A DNA stretch of 64,000 nucleotides from Azolla caroliniana (Eukaryota; Plantae; Polypodiophyta): the NCBI GenBank assembly GCA_043228905.1, contig JBHGNT010000001.1, positions 30,380,001-30,444,000 of the forward strand, given 5' to 3'. The position numbers were made by a program, and so were the translations under genes. Within the stretch, counting starts at the first letter, position 1. Every line of letters begins with the position of its first letter. Of the stretch, positions 22,590 to 34,800 are shown piece by piece. The notes beneath the pieces were generated by a model. It was not told the origin of the DNA and made no database searches. It was given only the letters and a program-made list of their open reading frames with translations.

Positions 22590-25514
22590 ATGAATCCCAA
22601 CGAAATAGATTTAATCACGTCCTTGTATGATTCTGAGGATGGTTATGCATCACCATACTCCGCAACCATCGACGATGACTTGGATTCGTCTACATCCGAA
22701 GACTATGAGTCGGCTTCATCCGAAGAAGAGGCGGAGGAGGTTGATCCCTTCATGTATTGTTCGGCGAGGTATATTGCGTTCACTAGAGGTATGTACGATT
22801 TAATGCTTAAAGATTTATTAGGTCAAGTTAAGGTAACATTTGAAATGTTAAGCACACTCGCAAGGGGGGCACCTCTTAATTTACATGCATGGAGGCGCAT
22901 GAAGAGTCGTCTCACGCTTATGAATGAGAATGCAATACACCTTAAGGCATCGCCTCATCTTCAGATTACGCACGTAGAGAAATGGAGGGAGATAGTATTG
23001 GCGTCACATTGTGGCGCATCGCACCGTTCTTTGACAGGTACTCTGACAGAATTAAAGAGAAATTGGTCCAATGACCTTCGTGACTATGGGATCCCTAGTG
23101 CGTATGTGAAAGCAGTGATTGACCAATGCGGTTGTCAAGTTGTGTCGAGGTTAACTCCATCTGACATGGAGGGGACAAGTGTCGTGAAATATAAAAAGTC
23201 TAGACCCATAGAAGTGATCAAGATAGAGGCACATAGGGTTGATGATACGTTGATAGATGTTCAATTGAGGTATCACACACGCTTTCGTACAGGGGTCACA
23301 AGGGGTGCACATGTGACTAGGTATAATTGTCACCGATCCGGTGTGGCCAACAAGCAATATCCATGCACTCGACGTAGAAAGCATTCATCTCGATGTGGGT
23401 GTACTTTTCATGTGAACGCTCGAATGAATGGCGGGGTTGACCATGGGACAGTGACCCTTTCAATATATGGACCTCATATGGGTCATGTACCGGGAAGTAG
23501 ACCAGATGCATACTATTTGCCAGTGGCCCCAAATGTTATAAGTTGTTGTAGAGATGACCTTTTTGATGTTGGTTGCGCACGACACGTGGCACGGATGAGC
23601 ATGCGTAAGGAAGCATATCATAAGTCCAAGGCTAGTCCATTAGACCTTGTGAGTTATAGGTTCTTTATGATACCAAAGGAGGTCAATAACATGGCCAACA
23701 AGTTAAAAATCGGGAGTGCCATGTCAGGGGTTGATTGGTCTTTGATGATGCAAGATGCCTATGCCCTCCGAGATCTTGGGAAGGTGGCTCATGTCCAACC
23801 CTACTTGCCTGGTGAATATGGATCTCCCGCAAGGCAACCGTTCATCTTGGTGCTCCAAGATGAATGGATGTTAGAGATGTGTGAGCGACTGTCGATAAAC
23901 AACTCTTGGGCAATCGACTCCACGTTTAAAACAAACCAATTTGGCTTGCCATTATATGCAGCTGTGGCTCCAAATGCCATGGGAGTTGGTATCCCATTAT
24001 GGTACATGATATGTAGTTCTGATAAGGGGTCTAACCATGAGCAAGTAGCTTTAGAAACTTGCTTGAGAGTCATATTTGCACAGATGCCCAATGTGAGGCC
24101 AAATGCCATAGTCATCGATAAAAGTTGGACATCGTATAATGCCATAAGTAATGTGGTTGCAACAGACCGATTATCTTGGATAGTTACAAATGGGCAAAGG
24201 TCGCAAACACATTGTCGACTTTTGTTGTGTCACTTCCATGCAAAAAAAGCATGGTTGGACAACTTGTTGCCAAAGGTAAGTGCAAGTGAGAGAAACCACC
24301 TTTATAATCGGATGTGCCAACTCATGCAATGCATTACGGAATCCACATTCAATGCCCAATGTGAGGACTTAAAGGTAGAATATGCAAACAAGCCAGGTGT
24401 TTGGCAATATATAGAAGGAGGATGGTGTGGCTTGACATGTGTGTGGAGGAAACTGTGGCCCAAATTTGGTAGAATGTTCAACTACGGACATGTTGACACT
24501 ACCAATCTTGTGGAGAGACATTGGCAGTTTATCAAATATACTGCCTTAAGAGGGAGGATAAACTGATCAATTACCGATCTTGTGCATGTTTTAATCGGGG
24601 ACAGTCAAACTGGCACTTGCATCGGGGGTGCTGTTATTGAATGGTACAAGCAACGACAAGAAATATGTGAGAGTGGTAGATTTGCACCACGTGCAAATTG
24701 TAGGGATCAAACAACTAGACTTAAAGAGGCCGAAAGGCTACTAGAGAGGTATGAAACTAATAATGCGATAATGCATATTGTGGACGAGCCTCGATATTGG
24801 TTTAAAATATTGAGCTTGACAAAACCAGATGTATGGTATAATGTATCGCTCCAATGTTCATATTGTGATTGCCACGACCCTGCGAGTAAATGTAAGCATA
24901 TACTTGGCATCAGGATGATTATTGAGAGGCACATGCCACATCTATGTGGGTCATTGCCTTTTATAGATCATGCAACCTATATGCGCAATGACCATTTCAC
25001 AGAGACGGAAATGGAGACAGAGGTAGAACCAGTCGAGGAGACAAACCCTATAACATCACGAGTGGAGGAATGTTTGTCGAAATTACAAACGCTTGAGGGG
25101 GCTATTCAATGTTTTAAGCAAGGGTTACAATCCCTCGACTGTGCAGCAATTTTGGCATGTATGGAGTCCATTCAAGAAACAAGTGAGACATTGGTGTATC
25201 ACACAGGTGCACCGAAACCAACTAACGAAGAAGACCGTGGATCCATAGGGCGTAAGCAAGCAATTGGTGCAAAAAGGGGAGCATCAATCAACATTTCACA
25301 AGATCTTATTGGCAGCTCCCCAAACACTTCCAAGGCACACACAGGAAAAATGCAAAGAGGCGCAAGTCGAGCTAGGAGGCGGTTGCCAATATGTGCGACA
25401 GATAAAATGCGATGCTTGCATTGCGATGCCTTGACCTTTAGATCAAGGGACTCAAATGTTGATTGTTGCAAGAATTGTGGTCGCATCTTGCCATCATCTC
25501 CGGATGAGCCATAA
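22590..25514 (+). pseudogene. MULE (Mutator) DDE transposase with SWIM finger, ~974 aa, one internal TGA at 24564-24566
   Basis: ORFs 22590-24566 and 24582-25514 are in the same frame. Motifs IDSTFKTNQFGLPL (D1), IVIDKS (D2), LLCHFHAKKAW (CxxH), TTNLVERHW (E), WRKY/FAR1-like YNCHRSG..SRCGC..HMGH, and SWIM CDCHDPASKCKH. Confidence 0.92.
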
Positions 25515-25846
25515 ATGTTTGGTAACTTTCAACTTTTATGTTTTGCCAGGATTATTTGTTTTAACAGAAGTATGGTAAAGATCGTCGGTTTTAAGTAATT
25601 TAAGGTTGAATTTTGTGACTATTTGATATGTTATTGTAAGTTTACATTCTTCGTTTTATGTTTTAAATGGTTTTTAACTTTCAACTTTTATGTTTTAATA
25701 TGATTATTTGTTTTAACATAAGTATGGTAAAGATCGTCGGTTTTAAGTATTTTAAGGTTGAATTTTGTGACTATTTGATATGTTATTGTAAGTTTTAAGG
25801 GTAATTAACAAGCTTATTTGAAGATTTTGGTTGGAATGATACATTT

Positions 25847-26131
25847 GGTTGGGCGACCTGCAACGGTTGGGAGACCAATCGGTTGGGCAACCTGTAACTG
25901 TCAGGGTTGGGTGACCTAAAACGGTTGGGCAACTTGCAACAGTCATAGTTGGGTGACCAATTTCGGTTGGGCGACCAACGACTCAGAGTTGGGTGACCTC
26001 TGACAGGGTTGGGTGACCATCGACTCAGAGTTGGGTGACCTCTGACAGGGTTGGGTGACCATCGACTCAGAGTTGGGTGACCTCTGACAGGGTTGGGTGA
26101 CCATCGACTCAGAGTTGGGCGACCTCTGACA
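25847..26131. repeat. Right subterminal array: GTTGGG(T/C/A)GACC motifs including 42-bp tandem units
   Basis: GACTCAGAGTTGGGTGACCTCTGACAGGGTTGGGTGACCATC occurs ~3.5 times (25980-26131), plus further motif copies from 25847, all in one orientation. Confidence 0.93.
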
Positions 26132-26312
26132 ACTTTTTTTTTCGCGCACTCTTCCTTATCGAAATCTGACGGTGCAGATCGCACGCACCTTCCTCTAGGC
26201 GACCTGCACCGTCTGTGGCCACGATTCCCTCACCAGCCCTCTTTATGATTTGGTGCAGGATAGCAACGAGCATCACATATCGCGTGGGCGTGAACGCATA
26301 CCCATACCAATC

Positions 26313-29300
26313 ATGAAAGGAGGGGGTCATGGCGCTTCCACCAAATCGACCGTTAAATTTCGAATGTACGAACCAGAAGCTGAAGATGATGATGATGATG
26401 ATGATGATGCAGATGCATCTCGTAGATCAGGTTTCCTTTTGCTTATTCTCGTTCCCTTCCCTCCTTCTCAACCTCCGTATTTGTTTTGTTTTGTTTTGTT
26501 TTTTCTTTCTCAGGCCTACTGCAGAGAATCTCATCCCTATTCGCGTAGATGTGGAGGTAGATGGGCAGCGTTTCAAGGATGCCTTCACTTGGAACCCTAG
26601 CGGTATGCGTCAAAAATAAATTTTATTTTTTATTTTTATTGTTTTCTTCTTACTCGTATGCTTCTTCATGCTTATGATTCTGTTAAAAAACTGTTATTTT
26701 TGTCATCTTCTTATTCGTGTAACACACTCGATCTCTCACAGGTAAGACCTTTCCTTTCACCTCATTTTTTTATGTGGCTGCTTCTTCACACCACTGTCAT
26801 TCTGTTGTGGAGAAATGGATTTTCGAAGAATCCTTCTTTAGTAGGTTGATGACAAGAGCTATAGATAAATACACTTTGTTATGTCCTCTGAAGTCAAAAT
26901 ATGACGTATTGAAACACAATATATTATATTTTCCACTAGTGCGTATGGGGTTGATAAATTACACAAGGCAATTACCCAAAGTCAAGAGAGCCAAAGTGAT
27001 CACCAAACGTGTGTGCAAGGTGAAGGTTACTCCAAATGGTTCCTTGTCAAAATACAATGCTAGAATGGCTGCCAAAGATTCAACGAAATGAATGGTTTCA
27101 ACTTTCAGGGCATTCACATTGAGATGCATGCTTGGATTAGCATTATGGATGATGCGGAGTTGGTCCAAATAAATTTGAAGTGCATGGTGATCTCCTTGAG
27201 GAGATTTAACCCAGAAGGTTCGTAGATAATTGAAGACATTGCATGTTATGCAAGCTTAAGAAGAGCCTTTATGGTCTCAAGTATGCACCCTGTGAATGGC
27301 ATCCAAAATTTGTTGTAACATGATGTTTAATATCTATACATGTAGCAACAATAAAAATTACCTCTACACAGAAAAACTGAAGATAAGTAAAACTAAGATT
27401 CCTTCAGGGCGTAATTTGTAAAGCCAATGAAACTCATCTTCGACGCCTTAACACCCTTGCATCAAGAGAGCGCGAGCTAAGCCAAATGGAAACATTGGTT
27501 TGGATTGCAGACATGGTGGAATGATTTCAAGCAAGAGAGAGAGAGAGAAATGATAATATATTATTGTCCGTGGGGAGCCAACAGGACCCTCAGGAACAAC
27601 AATTATTGCAAAGCACTCTCCATGATTTCGAAGTAAATGCTAAGTAAAAATCTAAGTTTGTTTCCGAATTTCACTGCTCATCATCACTTTCACAAGTTTG
27701 GATCTGTGGTCAAATAGACGAAAGACCATGCCTGGTGTCATCAGCAATCATTCTGTGCTTGTTAGAACATCTTGAATGCTAGTACAACAGGACAGGAATT
27801 CCTTGAAATCATGCCTGATGTCCTATTATGTATGGCATTCTGTGGTCAAATAGACGAAAGACCATGCCTGGTGTCATCAGCAATCATTCTGTGCTTGTTA
27901 GAACATCTTGAATGCTAGTACAACAGGACAGGAATTCCTTGAAATCATGCCTGATGTCCTATTATGTATGGCATTTCAAAGTGACATACTCTTCAATTTC
28001 TGGTACATCAAGGCAACATAGCTCACATATTCTCGTCGGTTCAATTTGTTTCCAATATCTATGAGTGTGTGGGCATCAAGTTGATAGCATATCCCTCTGT
28101 GGACCTGGGTGTGTGGGTATGAGGTTAGGCATCGGTGAGCCACTCCTGGATTTCCTAATATTAATTCATCAGTGTGATGGTGGACTTTGTTTTTGACATT
28201 TGTGTCTAAATTTCCAGAAATTCAAATCTCTTTGGATAGATACAATGTCATGATTTAAGTCTACTATTATCTATTGAAGGTTTTGATGGTAGAGACTATT
28301 CATATGTGTGAGAAGGCACCTACCTACCTTGGGCCAATGTGATGGCAACGATAATGAAAGAATTTATGTGTTTTAATTAACAGTATTGTTCCTTGATTAT
28401 TCTGCTCTTTTCTTGTTTTTCTCATCATCGTTTTACTTACAGAACACCTTTTATAGTTGAATGCATTCTCTGCTGTATTTCTAAGTTCCATCTCAAGTTC
28501 GTACTTATGAACTTAAAGTTAAAATAGATATGGCATAGCAATGTAAGACTCTTCCATATGTTATTTTAGCAGCCTTGAAAAACCTTGTACCCATGCAGCT
28601 ATTATTTCTCCTCATAATTCCTACTCATATTATTTTTCTCTGTAAAATACAATGCATTATTTCTCCTCGTTATTCTCAGGAATACTAAAAATGTGTCCTG
28701 TTTTTGTATTCTTCTCTCATGTTCCATCCAAAACTTGATTTCAAAATTCAACACTTGATTCTTCTCTCTAATGCAGAGCCTGATTTTGAGATATCTGCTT
28801 TTGCAAAGCGTACTGTGAAAGATTTGAATCTGTCAATGGCATTCATAACACTTATTGCACAGTCAATTCAGGTAAACTACTTTCACAACACATTATCTTA
28901 CGAAAAAAAAAAATGCATAGCAATTACTAAATCTTTAGTTTGGTTATCCAGACACAAGTTAATGAATTCCGCAGCTATGAAAACATGGAGATGGCAACTG
29001 GAGAAAAAGTCCACTGCTTGAAGGTTGTATTTCCAGCTTCTAAATATTTGTACATATTTTTATCTGCATGATCTCAAAGAGTATCTATAATGAATATAAT
29101 ATTACCATATATTACTTGACACTTGACCGACAAAGTTAATGTTCCAAAGCACAAGATTTACTTTGATGATAAACTAATTATTTTAAGTTCCTAAACATCT
29201 CACATACGCTTCTGCTATTTTTGCCAAAATACATCTTTCAAGTTTATGTTTTTCCTTGTAGATTGACTTAAGAGCGAACACCACTGTCATTAGAGACCAG

Positions 29301-31839
29301 TTTTTATGGGTAAGTTGTAATAGTAATGTTCCTTTATTTTAGATTTTTTTCTCCCTTGATATTGATCAATTCATTTCTCACTTGATCAAATTTCAAATGT
29401 TTTGTTGTTTTGGTTTGTAAAGGATCTTGGTAACCTTGATAGTGATCCTGAGGACTTTGCCAGGCATCTATGTAGTGATCTTGAATTTGATGATCCTGAA
29501 GTAGCGGTGAGCCACATCTTTTTGTTTACAGTTCTTTTTACCTGAATGGTACATATTTTCTTTTGCCTAAGTTCTTTTTCTACAAGTTAGATCAGTTATA
29601 TTCTAGTCATGAATAGAGAAAGCATTCCATTGAGACGTATATAATACCTCGAGAGATGAAGCACATATGGTAAAGTTCTTGAATATATTCGATATCTTTA
29701 GGATATTAGCGCATTGTGCATAATTGAATTATGTTGTGTTTTCTCCGTTTAACAATAAATTTAAAGAAGTAATTATGTCAAACATCTAACTTTAGCTGTT
29801 GCAATGAATTATATCTATAATCTATGCATGTTCTATTTGCCTTTTCTATGATCTCCTAACAACAGTTACACAATCCAAATGCATACCAAGAAGATTGGAA
29901 TAAAGTTTGTGACACTTATTGACCTAAAGTTTTTCGCTGTTATGCTATATGGTAACTGCTTGATCAACAAGAATACCTTGAATCTTGTTAAACAACTCAA
30001 ATATAGATTGCAATAATTTATTACAAGACTGATACTTATCTCATGATACAGATCTCCCGTGTTACCTGAAGAGTATATCTCAGTTTCTCTACAAATTCTT
30101 CCTTGTAGATTCTTCCATGTTTATGTAGATGTCACCATGTTCATGGGGCAAGGCTCTCTAAGGTGTGATCCAAGTCTCTTGGAGCTGCCATAGATATTAT
30201 CTTATGATTGTTCTCTAATTATGTGCAAATCTTTGCGGTCCTTCACCCTGATCCCAGTGTTGAAGATATAGTGAGGCGAGTTTTAGAAATCTCCATGATC
30301 CATTCTGATGATCTTGCAAATGTGACATCTAGATAAGCGAACCACCACAACTTTTCCTCTCTAGAGTGAAGAGTGTTTACTGACTGACGCTTGTGGACAT
30401 GTAGAAAGTCATGGCTTTTGTCTTTTCAAGGTGAATGGTGAGGCCTTGTGGGCAAAAATTAACTAGAGCTTGGAGATGTTGTAAACCTGAATGTGGCTCA
30501 GAAATTAAGATTATGTTATTTGCATAAAGCTAATTATAAACTGGGGTACCAAACAAATCCACTCTATCTCTTCTGTACATGCGATGTAGTCATCTAACAT
30601 GTGACTGTATTTTTAGTTTTATACATTAAATGTAGATATGCTTTTAAAAAGTACAAAAGAGAATTGTCTGTCTGCAGCCAGCTGTTGCGTTGGCAATAAG
30701 AGAACAACTATATGAGGTAACTTTTGCAAATCAGTTGATATTGTTGAAGAAATGGTGTATCCCAATTTTAACAAGCATACAATGAAATGCTTTTTTTAGC
30801 TTGCCATCCAGAGTGTGTCTTCTGGAAGGGAGACTAGAGTAAGCAAAAAAACACGAAGAGATTGGGGGTCAGACTTCAGTCAAGCAAGGTAAATAAAAAA
30901 GTTTTAATAAGTTTGATATTCATTGAGAATAAAAGATGCATATACTAGAAGCAATAATTAATTCTATAATATTTCAGAATATATGCTGAGTTTTACATAA
31001 TTTTTTCATTTATTTGGACTCAGATGGTTTTAAATGGAAGAATTTTCTTTGGTTACAGCAAGGCAGTTTCAGCCTTTGAGCTCATGAAAAGGTCAAGTAG
31101 CAAGAGTAGTGTTGTAAGGTAAATATATCTGAAATATCAGTAAAGAACTTCATTTTCAAGGAATCCATGTGGTTGTTATAACACTCTAAAATCAATAGGA
31201 AAAGAAACGAATGGGACTTGTTTGAACCTGTCGTAGAGATATTGACAAAGGAAGAGGTTGAAGTCGTGGAGGCACGAGAGGAGCGAAATGCACGGTATGG
31301 AAGTTCACGATTAAAAGTTCATCCAATTAATTCTTCATTAAGGACCCTTAGTTGATTAAAGTCATTCAATTTGTTCCTGATTAAAGCCATTCGTTTAGTT
31401 CTTGATTGAAGTCAGTTGATTAAGTGTGAATTAAAGCCATTTATTTGGTTTTTGGTTGAAATCCATGCAGTGTAGTTCTTGATTAAGTAATCTCTTTAAT
31501 CCTGGATTGAAGTCATTCATTTACTTCTTGATTGAAGACACTCAATTAATTCTTGATTAAAGTTATTCCATTAGTTCTTTGATTTAAATCATTCAATTAG
31601 TTTCATTGATAAAAGTAGTCCATTATGGTCATTCAAGCTGTTCTTCATTAAAGTCATTCAATCAGTTCTAGATAAAAGTGAGATTAAATTAGTTCTTGAT
31701 TAAAAATAAACCTTTTCTTGATCAAAGTGATTGCAATTAATTTTTTATTAGTGAATAACCCGTTTCTTAACACAGCCTTAAGAAGCGTCAAGAGGACAAT
31801 GACCCGTACACAAATCGGTATTCACGAGTAGAAAGGTGA
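26313..31839 (+). CDS. BSH: SNF5-type SWI/SNF chromatin-remodelling subunit BUSHY, 11 exons, ~262 aa
   Basis: GT-AG exons 26313-26365, 26514-26602, 28777-28871, 28952-29023, 29262-29309, 29423-29506, 30678-30716, 30800-30888, 31059-31118, 31199-31294 and 31776-31839 splice in frame. Product reads ..VKFRMPTAENLIPIR..FKDAFTWNPS..FAKRTVKDL..DQFLWDL..DPEDFAR..PAVALAIREQLYE..EAREERNAR, recognisable as plant BSH. Confidence 0.95.
26960..27310 (+). pseudogene. Ty1/copia reverse-transcriptase fragment in BSH intron 2
   Basis: LPKVKRAKVITKRVCKVKVTPNGSLSKYNARMAAK and KLKKSLYGLK resemble copia RT motifs. Highly degenerate. Confidence 0.7.
27703..27975. repeat. 136-bp tandem duplication in BSH intron 2
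   Basis: TCTGTGGTCAAATAGACG...TATGTATGGCATT starts at 27703 and 27839; the copies look identical by eye. Confidence 0.93.
31310..31740. repeat. Degenerate ~26-bp minisatellite in BSH intron 10
   Basis: Recurrent TTCTTGATTAAAGTCATTCAATTAG-like units. Confidence 0.75.
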
Positions 31840-34800
31840 TGGTTTCCATGTCTTTGGAATCATTGGAACGTGGGTTGGTGGAGATGCAAAAGTTACTCGA
31901 TGTACTTCACCATTCTTGGGTTTGGTATGTGTTTTTTGTTTGTGCATATATTCCATCCATGGTACGTTGTAGTGTGGTGTGAACATTAGATTAATGTGCA
32001 ATTTTACAAGTTGACATCCAAATTTAATATTTTGAATTTGAAACAATGAGGTACTACGAATGGCCTTTGCTAAAGTGAGCTATCATACCAACTTAACATG
32101 AAAGTTTGACATTGTGTAATATTGTGAGTTTGAAACGAAAATGTTTTCTCAATTAGCCCTTCCTAAAGTGATTATGTGGGTTGTCATACAAACTTACATG
32201 AAACCAATTTTGTGATTTTGAAACAATGGTGTTTTCTGAATTGGCTCTTGCTAAAGTGGGTATGCCAGTTGCATGCAAATATTACTCCTAAGTGTAACAA
32301 GTAGAAAGATGATTTTGGGATGATGATTTTTTCACATTTGTTAAAATATATATAGGTTGGAACACCATAGTTAGCGTCACCACCAACAGTAATACCTTAT
32401 ACTTGGATAGGTTCTGTTTTTTGAATATTTCAATTAAATAATTGGATAAAAGTTCAATCCCTAGTCACTCTATTGTTTGATATATATACATTGCATCCCT
32501 CGCCTATCCTTAATTTATTAGACACCATTGTGGAATGAATGTAGGGGTTGCATGCATGACCTTGTCTCCACCTGACAACCGTACCAATTGATCTACATTC
32601 ATCCATCTTCCTCCTTTTCCACTAAATTTAATCACAACTCTCCACGAGTAGAGGGGCTGATCAGATTCTAGAAATAGGATTAAGGGTTATGCCTAGAGAT
32701 GGGGGCTGATGTGAGTTTAGAAGGTAAGACATATAGGGAACACTTTAGTAATCATCATGAGATTATTGTTAAACTACATCAATTGGAGCACAGTTCTTCA
32801 CTAGTGATAGATTGTATAATTTAATATCATCCTCTTATTGAAGCTCAAGTCCATGAACTTGATTTTATTAAGTCATGCGTAAATGATCCAGCTAAACACT
32901 CATTGCATGCTCAACAATATATCAAAACCATCGCAATTTGCATGCCGTGGCCCCTTTATTTTTTGTAAAAACTTGCTTGCACATTTAATGAGGTCAATAA
33001 GTTGCAAAATCAAAGTCAAGCGATGTTTTGGGGGGGATTAGCACATATGCTACTTTGCCAAAACATATGCACAAGTATCATGCGAAGTACATCATTAGAA
33101 ATGAGTGGCACATGTAAAAGTGCAATCAATAGAAATTTGATGCGTTGTTGTATCATGAACATGAAATTGGGAACAATTGTTAGAAGAGCTAATGTTATGT
33201 GTTTATTATATTTACTTGGGAAGGGTAATTTCCTAAGGAAATTATTTGGCATTGTTGATCCCCATGTTGGTAATGTGTGATTCCTTGGGATATGTAGACA
33301 ACAATTGTATTTAAAATAGTTTAAATGAAATGATTTCATGAATAGTAAGAAAATAGGCAATAGGTGGACATGTGAGGAACTTTTGTTTTGATTCTATCAC
33401 ACCTGCACACCAATGGTTAAACATGATTGGTTTGCATTTCATGTCGGATATTTTCGTTATATTGTATGATCACTTTTCCTAGGAATAATGTGTAAACTCA
33501 TATAAATGAAAAATCAACCTTTTTTTTAATCAGACATGAGTTGGTTATTGCATTTCAAACTCGAGAATGTTGCTCGTTTGTTCTCTTAAATTGTTGCATT
33601 TTTGGGGTTATATCACTAAGCACTTAACAATCATTCTGATTCTGGTTGTTGCAAGAATTGATTACTTTTGTCATAGGTGAATTGCTTTATGTTACTTTCT
33701 ATTGATATGTTTTAGTTGTAGGTTCATGCATAGGTTTCCAAGTTCTTCTCGTACTACTACTACCAAAATACCTCATATTTAACGTTTATAGTCACTATCA
33801 CATTTTGGAAACGATAAAAACATAGCTACATTGTAATGATGCACCAAGGTATGGAATGCTTTGTCGTAGTGTGTGCATGTGTATCCATCAATCGGCAAAT
33901 GATTGTAGCAACTCACGAGCATTACATTGTCTCTCTTTATAAAAGAGAAGTATTTGTCGTAAACGCATTGTAACAATACAATGTGTGTTGGATCTACTTT
34001 TATATGATCCTTCCATCTATGTTGCAACAATTTTCATTGTGACATTCTCATGCTCATGCCTCATTATCTTAACCTTTTCTTCCAAATCTTAATCATAATA
34101 ATCAATACATGTAATTTTGTGGATGAGGTTCTATGTGATGCGATATACACATATTATTATGTTATGGTGTGGTGAGAGCATGTGTCATTGACTAGTAATA
34201 AATTATGTATGCACTTTAGCATATGTAGAACCAACATGCTTATGGATATACATTGAGCTAATGACATCCCTCAAGTTTCAACCACCACACACACAAGCAT
34301 AATATGTCCAAAATAAAGATGTACACGAGTATATATAGTAATAAATAATCGCATTCATGTGTGGACACCCGCACATACACAAATGCATGCATGCATTTGC
34401 ATTTGAAATGTGATAGTTCTAGTGACAATGATTGTTTTACTGAACCACAATAATGATGGATTGCTATGGAATAAGTGATGAACAAGAAAAGGATTCCTCC
34501 ATCAAGAAGTCAATAAAGGAGCTATCCATCACATATTGTTTGCTTTAGGTTAGTGCTCCAAAAGCTCAAAAGCTAGCACTAGTGTCTTTTACAATTTTAA
34601 AACCATAAAGTTAAACTTACTTGTTTTTTTGTACCAATGTATTCCATCTTATCAACAAAAAATATTGCTCAGATTTGATGTAAAACCATGTTTTCTTTTG
34701 CATTCGAGGGATGTATCTCTCTTGAATTAAATGACTCGACAAAATTAGGTCTTTTGTTGGAATTTGATCACATTCACAAGTAGGGGTCTTACAAAATACA

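Larger units (their letters stand above)
18189..26271 (+). mobile_element. Full-length Mutator-like element (MULE), ~8.1 kb, with TIRs and TSD
   Basis: ~120-bp imperfect inverted repeats (18207-~18325 vs ~26133-26252) with degenerate outer ~18 bp. Direct repeat CATCACATATCG at 18178-18189 and 26271-26282 (TSD 10-12 bp; exact ends +/-1). Encodes a MULE DDE transposase and a Ulp1 protease. Confidence 0.93.

Noticed and set aside
24564-24566. U-to-C RNA editing repairing the transposase stop
   Set aside because: Such editing is organellar and this locus is nuclear.
25752-26330. Repetitive minus-strand ORFs (RWSPNPVRGHPTLS / MVTQPCQRSPNSES)
   Set aside because: These are translations of the 42-bp subterminal repeat, with no evidence of a gene.
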